Shown: in pieces, positions 7,228 to 16,174 of the stretch
How the letters are laid out: each line of letters begins with the position of its first letter
Position numbering within the stretch: position 1 is the stretch's first letter
Source: a virus
Taxonomy: Duplodnaviria > Caudoviricetes
DNA length: 60,632 bases
IMG/VR virus record: IMGVR_UViG_3300031885_000014
Span: 1-60,632 of that record
Reading direction: 5' to 3' (one strand)
The notes under the pieces: generated by a model
Seen by the model: the letters and a program-made list of their open reading frames with translations, nothing else
Database searches by the model: none
What the model was told of the DNA's origin: nothing
Made by a program: the position numbers and the translations under genes

Positions 7228-9924
7228 TTGTCAGCCAAACAGCAGTACGTCCGCCTTCCGGCCGAGAAGATAGCCCAGCGGCGTTACCACGTCCGCCGCC
7301 TCGACCTGCTCGGGGCCTCCGTCCCCACCATCATCGCCACCCTCAGAGCCCAGGCCCCGGAACTTGTCGGCCGCCAGGCCGCCCTCGACGACATCATCCG
7401 GCTCGACCTCAAACACACCCGCGCCCTGGCTGTCGAAGACCTGGCCGAGTTCGGCCCGGCCTCCCTTGGCGCCCCTGCCTTCGCCGACTACATCGCCACC
7501 AAGCGCCTGCTGCTGAACCAGGCGGTGGCGCTGGCCGAGAACCCGAGCATCAAGGACACCGCCCGCGCCCGCTTCCTGGCCGTGGCAAGTGCGGCGGCTG
7601 ACGACATCGCCCGGGCCAGGGGCGTCAACGTCGACCGTCCGACCTTCAACCTGAACGTCATCCTCAAGCAGCAGCTCCTGGCACTGGGGATAGCGCCGGA
7701 GACCGTCGAGTCACTCATGGCCCCGGCTGGCGTGCCCCTGTTGCCCGCCGCCACCGCCGGCGCCTGGCCAGGCATCGTGGATGCGCTCACCTTCGCCATC
7801 TCGCCCGAATTCTGCAACCTGCCCAACATCCTCCGGGACTACCCGATGCAGGAGCAGGTGCTGCGGGAGTTCATGGGACCGTCATCTCGTTACCGGACGC
7901 TCATCCTGGTCTGTGGCATGCGCTCCGGCAAGGGCGTCGTGGGCAGCATCGTGGCCTGGTATGCGGCCTACACCCTCCTGTTGCTGGCCGACCCCCAGCA
8001 CTACTTCGGCCTGACGCCCAACCAGGAGATCTCCATCGTCACGATGGCCACGAGCCGGGACCAGGCCCGGCGCAACGTGTTCAAGCACATCGAGGACCGG
8101 CTGGAGACCGGCGGTGCATGGTTCCAGGCCCTGCGACCCCAGACCGAGATCGCCGGCCTGGAGATCCACCTGCCCAAGAACATCGTGATCCGCTGTGGCC
8201 ACAGCAAGGCATCGACCCAGGTGGGCGGCACCAACTACCTGGTCATCCTGGACGAGTTGGCCCGCATGAAGGACACCGAGGGCCGCGACAATGCGGACGA
8301 GGTGTACGACAAGATGAACGCCACCACGGCCACCTTCCAAGACGAGGGCAAAGTGCTGGTGCTTACGTCGCCCGAGTGGGAAGGCGACAAGGCCATGCGC
8401 CTGCTGGAGGAGGCGGTTGAGGTTGACGGCGACGGCCGGGCCGTGCGGCCCCAGATGATGGGGCTCCAGATGGCGACCTGGGAGGCAAACCGGACGTTCA
8501 CTGAGGAGTGGCTGTGGGAGGCCTTCGACGGCGAGGCCAACCCGATCGCCTTCTGGCGCGACTTCGGGGCGCGGCCCCCGCTGGCCGTCGAGGGTTACTA
8601 CCCCGACCCGGAGCGGTGGGACCGGCAGGCAGACCCGGAACTCCGCGACCCCTACGACGAGGCCGGCCAGCTCGCCGACTGGTGGAAGCCCTGCTGCGAC
8701 GCCAAGCGGTACGTCCACGTCGACCTCGGGGTGAAGCGCGACGCCTGCGGCCTGGCGATGGCGCACAAGCCTGTGCTGGGCTGTCCCTACTTCCAGGCCA
8801 GGGACGGTGAGCCGAACCCGAGGGCGAAGGCCGTCGTGGTGGATGTCGCGCACCGCCTCGTGCCCAAGCGGCAGCGCGAGGCGAAGGGGGAAGTCTCGTT
8901 CGAGAAGGTGCGGCAGATGATCCGCGACTGGTCCGACCGCGGCTTCAACATCAAGGGCGGTGGCGTGTCCTATGACGGCTGGCAGAGCATCGACAGCCGG
9001 CAGATCCTCAAGCACGAGGGCTTCCGGGTCAGGGAATACTCACTGGACCGGGACACGGAGGGCCACGACACGCTGCAGGAGCTCGTCAACACCGACCGGC
9101 TGGCGTACCCGGCGCACCCTGTGCTGATCGCGGAGGCGAAGCGGCTCGCGTTGGTGCGGGGCAAGAAGGTGGATCACCCGAAGGGCGGCTGCTTCACGGG
9201 AGACACGAGAATTGCCCTGCTCGACGGGAGCAATCCGACCATCGCAGAATTGGCGGCTCGCGGGCCGGGGCCGTATCACGTCTTTACGATGGGCGAGGAA
9301 GGAATCACGGTCGGAGTTGCACACTCGCCGCGTTTGACCTCGCCGGATGCCGAGATCATTGAGTTGACACTAGATGGGTTCGAGACGATTCGGTGTACGC
9401 CTGACCATCGTTTCCGCCTGCTGGATGGTCGCCACAAGGAGGCTCGCTGGCTCCTTCCATCCGATAGACTTACGCCCCTTAACCGAGCGGTGGTCATGGA
9501 GGGCGGCTGGCAAGGGTATGTGCGAATTGTCTGCCCTCTCAATGGCCGCCGGATGCTTCACGATATCGTCGGGCAATGGAAATGCGGCCCGAAACCGAGC
9601 GGGATGCTTTACCACCACGTCGACAACGACGGGACCAACAACGATCCCACGAACATCGAGTTACGCAGCCAGAAGTCCAGGGAGACCATACTCGCCAATA
9701 TGCCCAAGCTCTTAGTCGGCCGTCGGTCGGGCCAGAATCATCGCGTCGTGAGAATAAGGGCCGCTGGTCATGCCCCTGTCTACGACCTGACCGTAGAGGG
9801 TACGCCCAACTTTGCTCTTTCCGCTGGCGTGTTCGTTCATAACTCTAAGGATGTCGTGGACGCCGTTGCCGGCGCCGTCTACCACGCGCTGAAGCGGGGC
9901 GGTCGGCAGGCGTTCGTGGGGTAG
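7228..9924 (+). CDS. terL: terminase large subunit with N-terminal TerS-like extension and an intein
   Basis: Walker A GMRSGKG, Walker B LVILDE, coupling motif LTSP, nuclease motifs HVDLG / YDGWQS / KVDHP..GSKDVVDA. Confidence 0.9.
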   Translation: MSAKQQYVRLPAEKIAQRRYHVRRLDLLGASVPTIIATLRAQAPELVGRQAALDDIIRLDLKHTRALAVEDLAEFGPASLGAPAFADYIATKRLLLNQAVALAENPSIKDTARARFLAVASAAADDIARARGVNVDRPTFNLNVILKQQLLALGIAPETVESLMAPAGVPLLPAATAGAWPGIVDALTFAISPEFCNLPNILRDYPMQEQVLREFMGPSSRYRTLILVCGMRSGKGVVGSIVAWYAAYTLLLLADPQHYFGLTPNQEISIVTMATSRDQARRNVFKHIEDRLETGGAWFQALRPQTEIAGLEIHLPKNIVIRCGHSKASTQVGGTNYLVILDELARMKDTEGRDNADEVYDKMNATTATFQDEGKVLVLTSPEWEGDKAMRLLEEAVEVDGDGRAVRPQMMGLQMATWEANRTFTEEWLWEAFDGEANPIAFWRDFGARPPLAVEGYYPDPERWDRQADPELRDPYDEAGQLADWWKPCCDAKRYVHVDLGVKRDACGLAMAHKPVLGCPYFQARDGEPNPRAKAVVVDVAHRLVPKRQREAKGEVSFEKVRQMIRDWSDRGFNIKGGGVSYDGWQSIDSRQILKHEGFRVREYSLDRDTEGHDTLQELVNTDRLAYPAHPVLIAEAKRLALVRGKKVDHPKGGCFTGDTRIALLDGSNPTIAELAARGPGPYHVFTMGEEGITVGVAHSPRLTSPDAEIIELTLDGFETIRCTPDHRFRLLDGRHKEARWLLPSDRLTPLNRAVVMEGGWQGYVRIVCPLNGRRMLHDIVGQWKCGPKPSGMLYHHVDNDGTNNDPTNIELRSQKSRETILANMPKLLVGRRSGQNHRVVRIRAAGHAPVYDLTVEGTPNFALSAGVFVHNSKDVVDAVAGAVYHALKRGGRQAFVG
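9190..9843 (+). mobile_element. intein (218 aa) with HNH homing endonuclease
   Basis: Starts CFTGDTRI; block B CTPDHRF; ends VYDLTV...NFAL..GVFVHN followed by Ser; internal HHVDNDGTNNDPTNI. Confidence 0.92.
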
Positions 9925-9941
9925 AGATGAAAGGAGAAAGC

Positions 9942-10571
9942 ATGAACCTCTGGAAGGAATACAAGGTCAGCCTCCAGTTCACCAACGAAATCATGGGCGG
10001 TATGCCCAAGAACCCCGAACTCATCCGGGACTGGCTTGAGGCACGCAAGGCGCCGGACCCGGAGAAGAACGCCGAGGAGATAGAGGCGGGTATCGAAGCC
10101 AGCGAGGATCGTTCCTGGTCTGGCTTCCAGCGTCAAGGCGGTGCTGGTCTCTGTCTACGGGGCTATCACGTCAAGGCGCACATCAAGGACTGCGCCAACA
10201 TCCTTCGCGTCATGCTGCCCAAGCGCGCCAAGTCGGACGGGACTGAGGTGGCGATGGCGTGGCGGAGCATGATCGCCGACCGGTGCTACGTCCTGGAAGA
10301 CTACATCCCTCTGGGCGCCCAGGAAGCGAGCGGCTTCTTCGAGCACCCGGTCCACGTTATGACCAGGCAGGGACCGCGCAACGCCCTGAAGCGGACTGAC
10401 TACGTGGACAAGCCCAAGATCACCTTCACCCTGAAGCTGCTGGCCGACAAGGTGGTGACGGAGCAAGTGTTGCGCGACCTGTTTGAGTACGGCGGCACCC
10501 ACGGCATGGGGAGTGACCGGGGTATGGGTTTCGGGCGCTACGAGGTAGCCGAACTCACAGAGATGGTTTGA
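9942..10571 (+). CDS. solitary Cas7/RAMP-like RNA-binding protein (Vipr/Csf2-like)
   Basis: N-terminal strand YKVSLQF..EIMGG; L...HVKAHIKD helix; ITFTLKL strand; C-terminal G-rich loop YGGTHGMGSDRGMGFGRYEV. AAGGAG RBS favours ATG 9942 (alternative 9927). Confidence 0.75.
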   Translation: MNLWKEYKVSLQFTNEIMGGMPKNPELIRDWLEARKAPDPEKNAEEIEAGIEASEDRSWSGFQRQGGAGLCLRGYHVKAHIKDCANILRVMLPKRAKSDGTEVAMAWRSMIADRCYVLEDYIPLGAQEASGFFEHPVHVMTRQGPRNALKRTDYVDKPKITFTLKLLADKVVTEQVLRDLFEYGGTHGMGSDRGMGFGRYEVAELTEMV

Positions 10572-10967
10572 CGGCGAGTACTGCCTTGTTTTGGAGTGTG
10601 CTGGAGTGTGTTGCCGTGACGGCGAGGAGTGGCGTGGGATGATGTGGACTGACCCTGGACTGCCGTGTTCTGGACTGACGGCGAGTAGTGTTTTGCGTCG
10701 GAGTGAACTGATGTGGAGTGCTGTGACGGCGAGTCCTGGAGTGAGGCGAGGCGTGCTGGACTGTCGCCGAGTACTGAACTGCCATCCGGTGCGATGATGT
10801 GGCGGCGAGGACTGCCCTGGGCTCAAGTGTACTGTTCTGACGCCGAGATATGATCTGTGGTGCCGTGGATTGTGGTGCCGCCGAGAATCGGGTTGCGGTT
10901 GCGCTGAGATGCGGTGGCTTGACCTGCCGCCGAGGTGTGCAGTGGTCTGAGATGACTTGACATGATT
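10569..10967 (+). ncRNA. array of nine pentamer-periodic guide-like RNA units
   Basis: Boundary motif TGNCG(G/C)CGAG at 10569, 10617, 10676, 10724, 10762, 10800, 10838, 10876, 10925, each followed by 3 nt and 5-9 pentamers; 50 of 56 pentamers begin TG. Confidence 0.8.
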
Positions 10968-10970
10968 CTA

Positions 10971-10985
10971 GTCGACCATTAGGAC
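10971..10985 (+). promoter_or_regulatory. late-gene motif GTCGACCATTAGGAC upstream of portal
   Basis: Identical copies at 13610 and 29186; TTGACA at 10957 lies 17 nt before TAGGAC. Confidence 0.65.
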
Positions 10986-11064
10986 AGGCGGGCCGGGACC
11001 ACGAGCCGCGAGGCAGCGGGCGCCGTCTCACCGGTGACCCGGTCCCGCCCATAGAGGAGTTGCG

Positions 11065-13281
11065 ATGCCCACCAAGACCGTAGAGCGCGCCAAGACCGAA
11101 CCGAAGGCGAAGGGGCTGCGCGAGCCGACCTACATGCTGCGCCAGCCCGCCGTCTTCTTCGACGCCATCAGCCTCGGTGCCGAGAATTGGCGCCGCCTCG
11201 TGGGGCAGGCGCCGGTCGTGCGGGCCTGCATCCAAACCCTCATCATGCAGATCACCGGCCTCAACTGGTCCATCGAGAGTGAGGACGAGAAACTGGCGGA
11301 GTACTTCGAGGGCGTCCTGAACGGGGCCGACGACGGCGCAGGTTTCGAGAACATGGTGGCGCGCGTCATAGAGGACACGCTCACAGTCCCGTTCGGCGGC
11401 GCCTGGGAGATCGGCTCCTACTCCGACGGCACCGTGGCATGGCTCGCCCACTTGGACGGCGGCCTGATGAAGCCGACCTACCAGGCGAACTTCCCCTATG
11501 CCCAACTCGACCCGTGGGCGGGCGCCCTGAACTCTGTCCTCTTCCGGCCGGGCGAGGTGTCGCGCGTCATGTGGCAGCCCCAGACGAACGTCAGGGTCTA
11601 CGGCTGGACTCGCACGCCCTGTATGGACTGCCTGCCGGCGATCCAGGGGCTGCTCCGATCAGACCGCTTCTGGCAGACCATGATGACCGATAGCCCGCCC
11701 GTCGGCATCCTCGAAGTGCCCGGGTTCAACGAGGACGAGGCGCGCGACTGGCTCGAGGGCTGGAAGACGATGGTGGCGGGGATCGACGCCCTCAAGGTGC
11801 CGGTCCTCTACGGCGGGAGCGCTGGGGGGGACAATGTCAAGGCGGCCCAGTTCATCGCGCTCGCCCCGAGCGCGACCGAGGCCCAACTCCCCGAACTGGT
11901 CAAGCGGTACGCCGAGATGGTCTGCGCGGCCTTCGGGATGAACGTGGGCGACCTCGGCCTCTTCGGCCAGGAGTTGCGGCTCGCCGGGGCCACCAAACTC
12001 ATCGAACTGTCCAAGCGCCAGGGCCTCGCCCACGTGCTGCGGCGCATCAAACAGCGGCTCGACAGTGACGTGTTGCCCGATGGTGTCGAGTTCGTCTGGG
12101 AAGACGTTGAACTGGAGGACACGATCCGCCGGGAGTCGGCCCGCAAGATCAGGGCTGACGCCATTGCCAACCTGGCCAGCCCCATGATCGGTGTCATCAG
12201 CCCCGATGAGGCGCGCCAGCAACTTGTTGCCGACGGTATCCTGACAGTCGAGTTGCCCGAGAACGCCCCAGCCCCGCCAGAGAAGCCCGCTACGGCGACC
12301 CCGACCGGCGATGAGGCGATCACCACGAAGGGCACGCCAGAGGCTCAGGCGGGACGCAGCCGCCCTTTCGCCCCAGTCCGCCAGGGGGCGGACGAGGACA
12401 CCAGGGCCTCCCCTACTACTAGCAAGGCGGCCCGCGAGATGGGCCGGCTGGTCGGCCCCTGGATCGCTAAGATAGCCGCCTCAGTCACGAGCGTTCGCAT
12501 CGCCGCCCTCCTGAAGGCGGGGATTGCCGCAGCGCAAAAGGCCGGCGGGATGGAGGGCGCGACGGCCACCCTGCGCATCCTCGCCCCGAGCGCGGCTGAG
12601 CAGGCCATCGGGGATCTCCTGGCCAACGAGGACTGGTGGAGGGCACCGGACATCGCCGACCGCGCCGCCCAGGTGCTCGGCCTGGCCTACAGCGAGGGTC
12701 TGGTCGAGACCGCCCAGGACATCCAGCGGCGGCTCGCGGCGAACGGTATCGTGCCCAGCATCCACGTCGGGATCAGCATCGCACAGCCGACGGACCCAGC
12801 GCTCCTGAAGGCCCTTGACGCGCGGGCCTACGGCCTCATCACGAACGTCGACGAGGGCACGGACTTCCTCATCCGCCGGGAAATCATGGCGGGCGTCAGG
12901 GCTGGCATCTCCTCGCCGAGTATCGCCCGCAGGATTCTGGTGGAGCAAGTGCGTCAAGGGATCGTCCAGTTTTCACGGGGCCGCGCACTCACCATCGTCA
13001 ACACCGAGATCAACTGGGCCTCGACGCAGGCCGCGCTCAAGCAGCAGGCCAGCGTGGGTCTCACGAAGCGGGTGTGGAAAGGCCTGCCTGACGCCTGCGA
13101 CGACATCTGCCAACCGAACATCGACATGGGGCCGATCGGGCCGGACGAATCGTTTGAGGACGCCTGGGGTTCCTGCGACGGTCCCCCCGGCCACCCGTCA
13201 TGCCTATGCTGGGTGACCTTCGACATGGGCGAACTGCGGGAGATCTCAGGGCAGCCGGACTACTACACAGGAGAGGCATGA
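11065..13281 (+). CDS. portal protein fused to MuF-like minor head domain
   Basis: Follows terminase; portal-like N-terminal half; C-terminal RALTIVNTE...KRVW...C..C...PPGHPSCLC typical of MuF/gp7. Confidence 0.8.
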   Translation: MPTKTVERAKTEPKAKGLREPTYMLRQPAVFFDAISLGAENWRRLVGQAPVVRACIQTLIMQITGLNWSIESEDEKLAEYFEGVLNGADDGAGFENMVARVIEDTLTVPFGGAWEIGSYSDGTVAWLAHLDGGLMKPTYQANFPYAQLDPWAGALNSVLFRPGEVSRVMWQPQTNVRVYGWTRTPCMDCLPAIQGLLRSDRFWQTMMTDSPPVGILEVPGFNEDEARDWLEGWKTMVAGIDALKVPVLYGGSAGGDNVKAAQFIALAPSATEAQLPELVKRYAEMVCAAFGMNVGDLGLFGQELRLAGATKLIELSKRQGLAHVLRRIKQRLDSDVLPDGVEFVWEDVELEDTIRRESARKIRADAIANLASPMIGVISPDEARQQLVADGILTVELPENAPAPPEKPATATPTGDEAITTKGTPEAQAGRSRPFAPVRQGADEDTRASPTTSKAAREMGRLVGPWIAKIAASVTSVRIAALLKAGIAAAQKAGGMEGATATLRILAPSAAEQAIGDLLANEDWWRAPDIADRAAQVLGLAYSEGLVETAQDIQRRLAANGIVPSIHVGISIAQPTDPALLKALDARAYGLITNVDEGTDFLIRREIMAGVRAGISSPSIARRILVEQVRQGIVQFSRGRALTIVNTEINWASTQAALKQQASVGLTKRVWKGLPDACDDICQPNIDMGPIGPDESFEDAWGSCDGPPGHPSCLCWVTFDMGELREISGQPDYYTGEA

Positions 13282-13589
13282 ACACAGAACTGGCCGACCT
13301 AGCCCTAGACGCCCTGGTCAACGCCCATGCCACGACCATCATCGTGGACAGTGACCTCTTCGAGCCGGTACGCGATCTTGCACGGCTGGCCTTGCCGCAG
13401 CCGTTCGATGAGTTGCTGCGCTGCTCCCTCTGCACTGGCACATGGGTCGGCCTCGCCCAGGGTAGGCTCCGCAATCGTCATCCGCTCCGCGCCTTCACCT
13501 ACGGCCTCGCCGTCGCCTGCCTTGGGCGCATGATCCGCGCCGCAGTCGACCTCGCCGAGGACTTCCAAGAAGCCCACCCCACAGCCTAG
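13278..13589 (+). CDS. DUF1360-like membrane protein
   Basis: LFEPVR...LLRCSLCTGTWV; hydrophobic C-terminus. Confidence 0.6.
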   Translation: MNTELADLALDALVNAHATTIIVDSDLFEPVRDLARLALPQPFDELLRCSLCTGTWVGLAQGRLRNRHPLRAFTYGLAVACLGRMIRAAVDLAEDFQEAHPTA

Positions 13590-13609
13590 CGCCCCCTCTT
13601 TCCCCGACC

Positions 13610-13624
13610 GTCGACCATTAGGAC
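13610..13624 (+). promoter_or_regulatory. late-gene motif GTCGACCATTAGGAC
   Basis: Exact copy 3 nt before ATG 13628. Confidence 0.65.
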
Positions 13625-13627
13625 GAG

Positions 13628-16153
13628 ATGCCCGAACTGCAAACTCGTCCCTACACCGGGGTCGGCGACGACACCCTGCCCGCCAATGTGAAGGCCCTGC
13701 CCGATCACGCCAAGGCGATCTGGGTGGCCGCGTTCAACAGCGCCTGGGACTCCTGGTCCGCCGACAAGACCGACCAGCCTCAGGACGGCTATGCCTTCGC
13801 CGTCGCCTGGGCCGCCGTCAAGAACCTCTACAAGAAGGACGCCGAGGGCAACTGGACGAAGCGCAGCCTCATAGAGGGCGACGGTCACTTCACGAAGGTC
13901 TGGCGCTCGGCTGACGGCGTCCACCGCTGGCGAGCGACCGTCATGGACGACGGCGTCGATCAGTACGCCACGCGTATGACCATCGAGTTCCAGGACGATG
14001 TCTGCGCTCGGGCGGCCCTGGAAGGTGCTCCCTGGCTCGGCATCGCCCACTTCGGCAGGCAGAGCCAGGTGGGTGAGACGACCCGTCTTTACCGCGACGG
14101 CCGCATGGTGAAGGCCGAAGGGACGTTCCTGACAGATTCCGCAGATGCGACGCAGGCCAGCCTCGCCCGCGCCGCATACGAGACGGCGGCCAAAGAGGCA
14201 GACCTTCTGCCGGCACACCGCACGATAGCGGTCAGCCAGGCGTTCTACCCCGAGGCGCAGGCCATCGAGGATTGCGGCGTGGTCGCGTTCACGCGCGGCC
14301 GCATCGAACACATCGCCCTGACGACACGGAAGGCCAACTCACGCTGTGATTTCGGCGTGGAGGAAGGTGACGAAATGCGTAGAAGTAAGAGTCGGCGCGA
14401 TCTTCGGTTAGAGGACGCTGCCGCCATCGTGGGCGACGACCTGGCCCGCGCCCTGGACGAGGCGGATGCCGAGCACCGAACCGTCGAACAGGACGGCCTC
14501 CTGTACCGGATGTACGAGGTCGAGGACGGCGACGGATCCCGCATCGAGGTGAGCCCCGACGGCGGCGAGACATGGCAGGACGCTGAGGTTTGCGTTCGTG
14601 CCATGGTGCCGACTCACAAGCCTCCGCTCAACGACCCGGCCACCGCCTGGAATGCCGCCGCGGCCCGCTCATCTATCTGGGGCTGGGCGACTGATGGCGA
14701 GGACTTCGACGCCGTCAAGGCCCGGCAGGGCTTCGCCATCTTTGACAGCGACAACCCGGACAACAAGACGGGCATGGCCCTGCCCCACCATGACATCGCG
14801 GACGGTAAACTGGTCACCCACCAGAAGGGCGTCATGGCTGCCGGCGGCGTCACGATGGGCGCGCGTGGTGGCATCAAGGAGTTTCAGTCAGGCGACAACG
14901 AGCGCGCCCAGACCCACCTCGCCGTCCACTACGGCCAGATGGACCGGACGCCGCCCTGGAAGCGCGAGGAGAGCAACCTGCGCCACTGGGCCGAGGCCAT
15001 GGAGGAGGCGGAACTTCTGCACGGCGAGGAAGACCTGGCAAATGCCCGCGCCTTCCTGCGTCACCGGCTCGACGATGGGACGATTAAGCGGCCCACTGTG
15101 GCCGAGGCGAAGGCCATGTTCGAGAAGAGAACTCAGGGTCCGGGCGCCGCCCTCCTACGGGCCACAGGCGAGACGGACTTCGCCACCGCCATCAAGGCCG
15201 TCGTGAGCGACCCGGACAGGGTGGGCAGCGCCCCACAGGCCGAGACCCGCGAGGGCCGGCGCGTCAGGGCCGAGAAGCTGGCCCAGGTCGCCGATGCCGT
15301 CAAGGCCCTTACCGGCGCCGGGAAGACTATCGGCGAGTTCATCGCCTGGGCGTCCGAGAACCTACGGGCCGACTCCTCTGGGTCAGAGCATCGTGCACTG
15401 AGTCCCGACGCCGACTTCCGCGCTGCGTTGACCGAGCGCTACGGCGCCGAGCCGGACGCCTCCCTGCTCGCCACAATGAACCAAGAAGCGCTTATGCAGA
15501 CGGTCTACCAGGCCAGTTACACCTTCAGGGACATCGTGATCGCCAACATCCAGGCGGACCCGGCCGAAGTCAGTCTGGAGGAGCGCCTGGCTAACGTCCA
15601 GAACGCGCTCAACGAGTTCGGCCAAATCATAGCGAGCATCATCAGTCAGGCCGCGCAGCCCAGATCGAGCGAAGGCACCAAAGGCGGCACAGGAGAAGGC
15701 GTGAAGCCGGACGGCGGGGGTGGGGCACCCGTCAAGCCGTCGGGCGAGTCGGACTCCGAGGCCCAGGCCGCAGTGAGTGAGAGCCTCGACCAGATCAGGG
15801 CGGCACTCGGGGCGGGTGTGGACGCTGGAGAGATGCAACTCCTCCTCGACCAACTGGCCCACCGGATGAGCCAATGCATCGACGTTCCACCCCCTAGTTT
15901 CGAGGAAGCCCTGAGCCCGATCATGGATCGGCTACAGGCCATCGAGGACGAGATACGATCTCGCTCGGCTGGCCCGGAGAGATCCACGCCTGACGGGCTA
16001 GGCGCGCCGCCCCGGCGCAAGGGCTTTCGGCCGCGGCTCGATGCCCCGGCGCTCCGCAGTGCGGACGCCGACCGGCCCACCGAGCGCGGCTATTCACCAG
16101 AACAGTTCGCAAGAGGCGCCCACAGGCGGCAGGCGTTCAATCCCTACACGTAG
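13628..16153 (+). CDS. ChaB domain - prohead protease-like - scaffold fusion
   Basis: ChaB motif LP.HAKAIW.AAFNSAW...AFAVAWAAVK..Y.K; protease-like H..S..EHIALT..AN; helical C-terminus; lies directly before the capsid gene. Confidence 0.7.
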   Translation: MPELQTRPYTGVGDDTLPANVKALPDHAKAIWVAAFNSAWDSWSADKTDQPQDGYAFAVAWAAVKNLYKKDAEGNWTKRSLIEGDGHFTKVWRSADGVHRWRATVMDDGVDQYATRMTIEFQDDVCARAALEGAPWLGIAHFGRQSQVGETTRLYRDGRMVKAEGTFLTDSADATQASLARAAYETAAKEADLLPAHRTIAVSQAFYPEAQAIEDCGVVAFTRGRIEHIALTTRKANSRCDFGVEEGDEMRRSKSRRDLRLEDAAAIVGDDLARALDEADAEHRTVEQDGLLYRMYEVEDGDGSRIEVSPDGGETWQDAEVCVRAMVPTHKPPLNDPATAWNAAAARSSIWGWATDGEDFDAVKARQGFAIFDSDNPDNKTGMALPHHDIADGKLVTHQKGVMAAGGVTMGARGGIKEFQSGDNERAQTHLAVHYGQMDRTPPWKREESNLRHWAEAMEEAELLHGEEDLANARAFLRHRLDDGTIKRPTVAEAKAMFEKRTQGPGAALLRATGETDFATAIKAVVSDPDRVGSAPQAETREGRRVRAEKLAQVADAVKALTGAGKTIGEFIAWASENLRADSSGSEHRALSPDADFRAALTERYGAEPDASLLATMNQEALMQTVYQASYTFRDIVIANIQADPAEVSLEERLANVQNALNEFGQIIASIISQAAQPRSSEGTKGGTGEGVKPDGGGGAPVKPSGESDSEAQAAVSESLDQIRAALGAGVDAGEMQLLLDQLAHRMSQCIDVPPPSFEEALSPIMDRLQAIEDEIRSRSAGPERSTPDGLGAPPRRKGFRPRLDAPALRSADADRPTERGYSPEQFARGAHRRQAFNPYT

Positions 16154-16174
16154 CCGCAGTAACGGAGTAAAACG

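Noticed and set aside
10155-10826. ORFs over the array (10155-10826 minus, 10591-10797 plus)
   Set aside because: Low-complexity translations produced by 5-nt periodicity; no RBS; the minus ORF is antisense to the RAMP gene
10569-10967. Canonical CRISPR array
   Set aside because: The constant part is only ~10 nt and degenerate, and the intervening sequence is itself TG-periodic, not free spacer; no cas1/cas2 recognised
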